Origin: Fimbriosthenelais zetlandica
Lineage: Eukaryota
Direction: 5' to 3'
DNA length: 64,000 bases
Assembly: GCA_977030845.1 (NCBI GenBank)
Contig: OZ365109.1
Location: forward strand, 14,260,001-14,324,000
The notes below the pieces were generated by a model. That model saw only the letters and a list, made by a program, of their open reading frames with translations. It made no database searches and was not told the DNA's origin. The position numbers and the translations under genes are program-made. Positions 62,601-64,000 of this stretch are shown piece by piece; positions within the stretch are counted from its first letter, which is position 1, and every line of letters begins with the position of its first letter.

Positions 62601-64000
62601 GATTAGCATCATTTCCACCTCCTACTTACTTCCCTGGAGGGATAGTTGATTTTATTTTTCAATAGAGAGACTTTGATAAGCCTACTGCATAATTTAAACT
62701 AACATTCCCATCCCAAATTATCCTTTCCTTCTACAATTTACAAACCATTAGTTACAAGTTTCCCACCAAAGTTCCCAGTTAGAATTTTAGATAAAATAGA
62801 TATTAATGGAAATAGAATTTTATTCTCTAGTACATACATAGGCATTTAGCTGATAACCTATTTTCAAATGCGGTACCCATAGGCATAGGGAAAACGAGGG
62901 CAGCTAGTGAAATAAGTCTCATTTTGGGATAAATGGCAATTTGGCAGATAGGTCTACTTTGGTGTTTAGTGTCAAATTTCAAGAAATAACACTTGTATTG
63001 GGTAATATTTTGTTTTATTTGAAAATCATTGAGTTGGACTATATAAATAAAACCTTCAGAAGAACAGCACTTTCCCAAGTCTTAACTTGGGAATACATAG
63101 CCTACGTCAAATACCGGTACACTAATTTATCGGGGAAGAAAAATACAAGTTGACGCGGGCTATCAGAGAGTTAACCTGGTCAAACAATCTGAACAAAAAA
63201 AACTTACACTCATTCAGGATTTCTTGAAACTTTCTTACCGGGTATTAAACTTAAAGACAAAATTTAAAACGGAAAATAAAACAAAATATTAACATAATTT
63301 GAACATTGTTCAGACTATTTCAACCAGAGATGAGTGACAAAAGTTGAATCAATGCTGAACAGTCATAATGTTTATCATATAATTATAGAATATGGACATA
63401 CAAACGATAACGCAGGGTTCATTAGATAAACATCTTATTTACATATAATATAGTTTCTTTGTATATACGGCGAGGGTTTTCTTTTCCTGTACCCCAATGG
63501 ATAATATGGACAGGTCTGTTTCCCTCTGCACCAGTCTGAAGTACCTGAGAAAAGACACCAGGTCCTAGAATATAAATCATTACCAATCATGCACCAATCA
63601 TTCAGCAATTGCAAGTACGATGCAAGTTCGATTCATCGTCAAGTACCCAACTTTCTAACAAGGAGTAGTATCACAGCACGCTGAAATGGGATGATAGTTT
63701 GTGCTTCCATATCTGATACGAATCTTTTGAATCATGATATTTTTTTGCCAGACATGATATTATTGAGGATCTTTTAATGGTAAATATGATAAATTGTAGG
63801 TTTTCAAACAGGAAACTACTTCCCCAAGCATTTCCTTGGACATAGAATCGAATAGAGCTGCATCAGTGAACACATCCGGATGGTGGAAACGTTTTCAGTC
63901 ACTAATTTTTTTTTTTAGATTTCACGGAGAGCCTTCAATTTTGAAACACTTCCATGATATTACAATGTACAATTTAGTTTCCGCATCCAAAGTCTTCATT

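Noticed and set aside
63410-63900. Possible terminal exon(s) of a minus-strand gene entering from the right edge (acceptor near 63545)
   Set aside because: All three frames are open for only ~35-40 codons with no recognisable family, so frame and product cannot be supported.

Overview
This is AT-rich eukaryotic genomic DNA with short GT-AG introns. The gene set and the strong enrichment of TAGGCCTA/TACATGTA palindromes suggest a marine invertebrate bilaterian; the taxon cannot be assigned from sequence alone. The left part holds an FKRP/LicD-family gene with a single coding exon (4.1-6.6 kb). A ~23 kb gene-poor tract follows, with degenerate LINE fragments, Harbinger-like MITEs and short tandem duplications. 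The right part is a dense block of seven spliced genes: STRA6-like (+), NEIL1 (-), C5orf63-like glutaredoxin (+), VMO1 (+), STOML2 (-), DNAAF4/DYX1C1 (+) and EIF3J (-). Two pairs are head-to-head on short promoters. Most short entries in the ORF track are spurious or single exons. I found no CRISPR, rRNA or convincing tRNA, and no clearly novel multi-gene system. The best leads are: an invertebrate STRA6-like receptor, a GC-AG first intron in EIF3J, NEIL1 motif deviations, an orphan antisense exon upstream of the STRA6-like coding exons, two structured GC-rich islands, and apparent ancient linkage with human 15q21-24/5q23. Exon boundaries were read by hand and may be off by a few bases.
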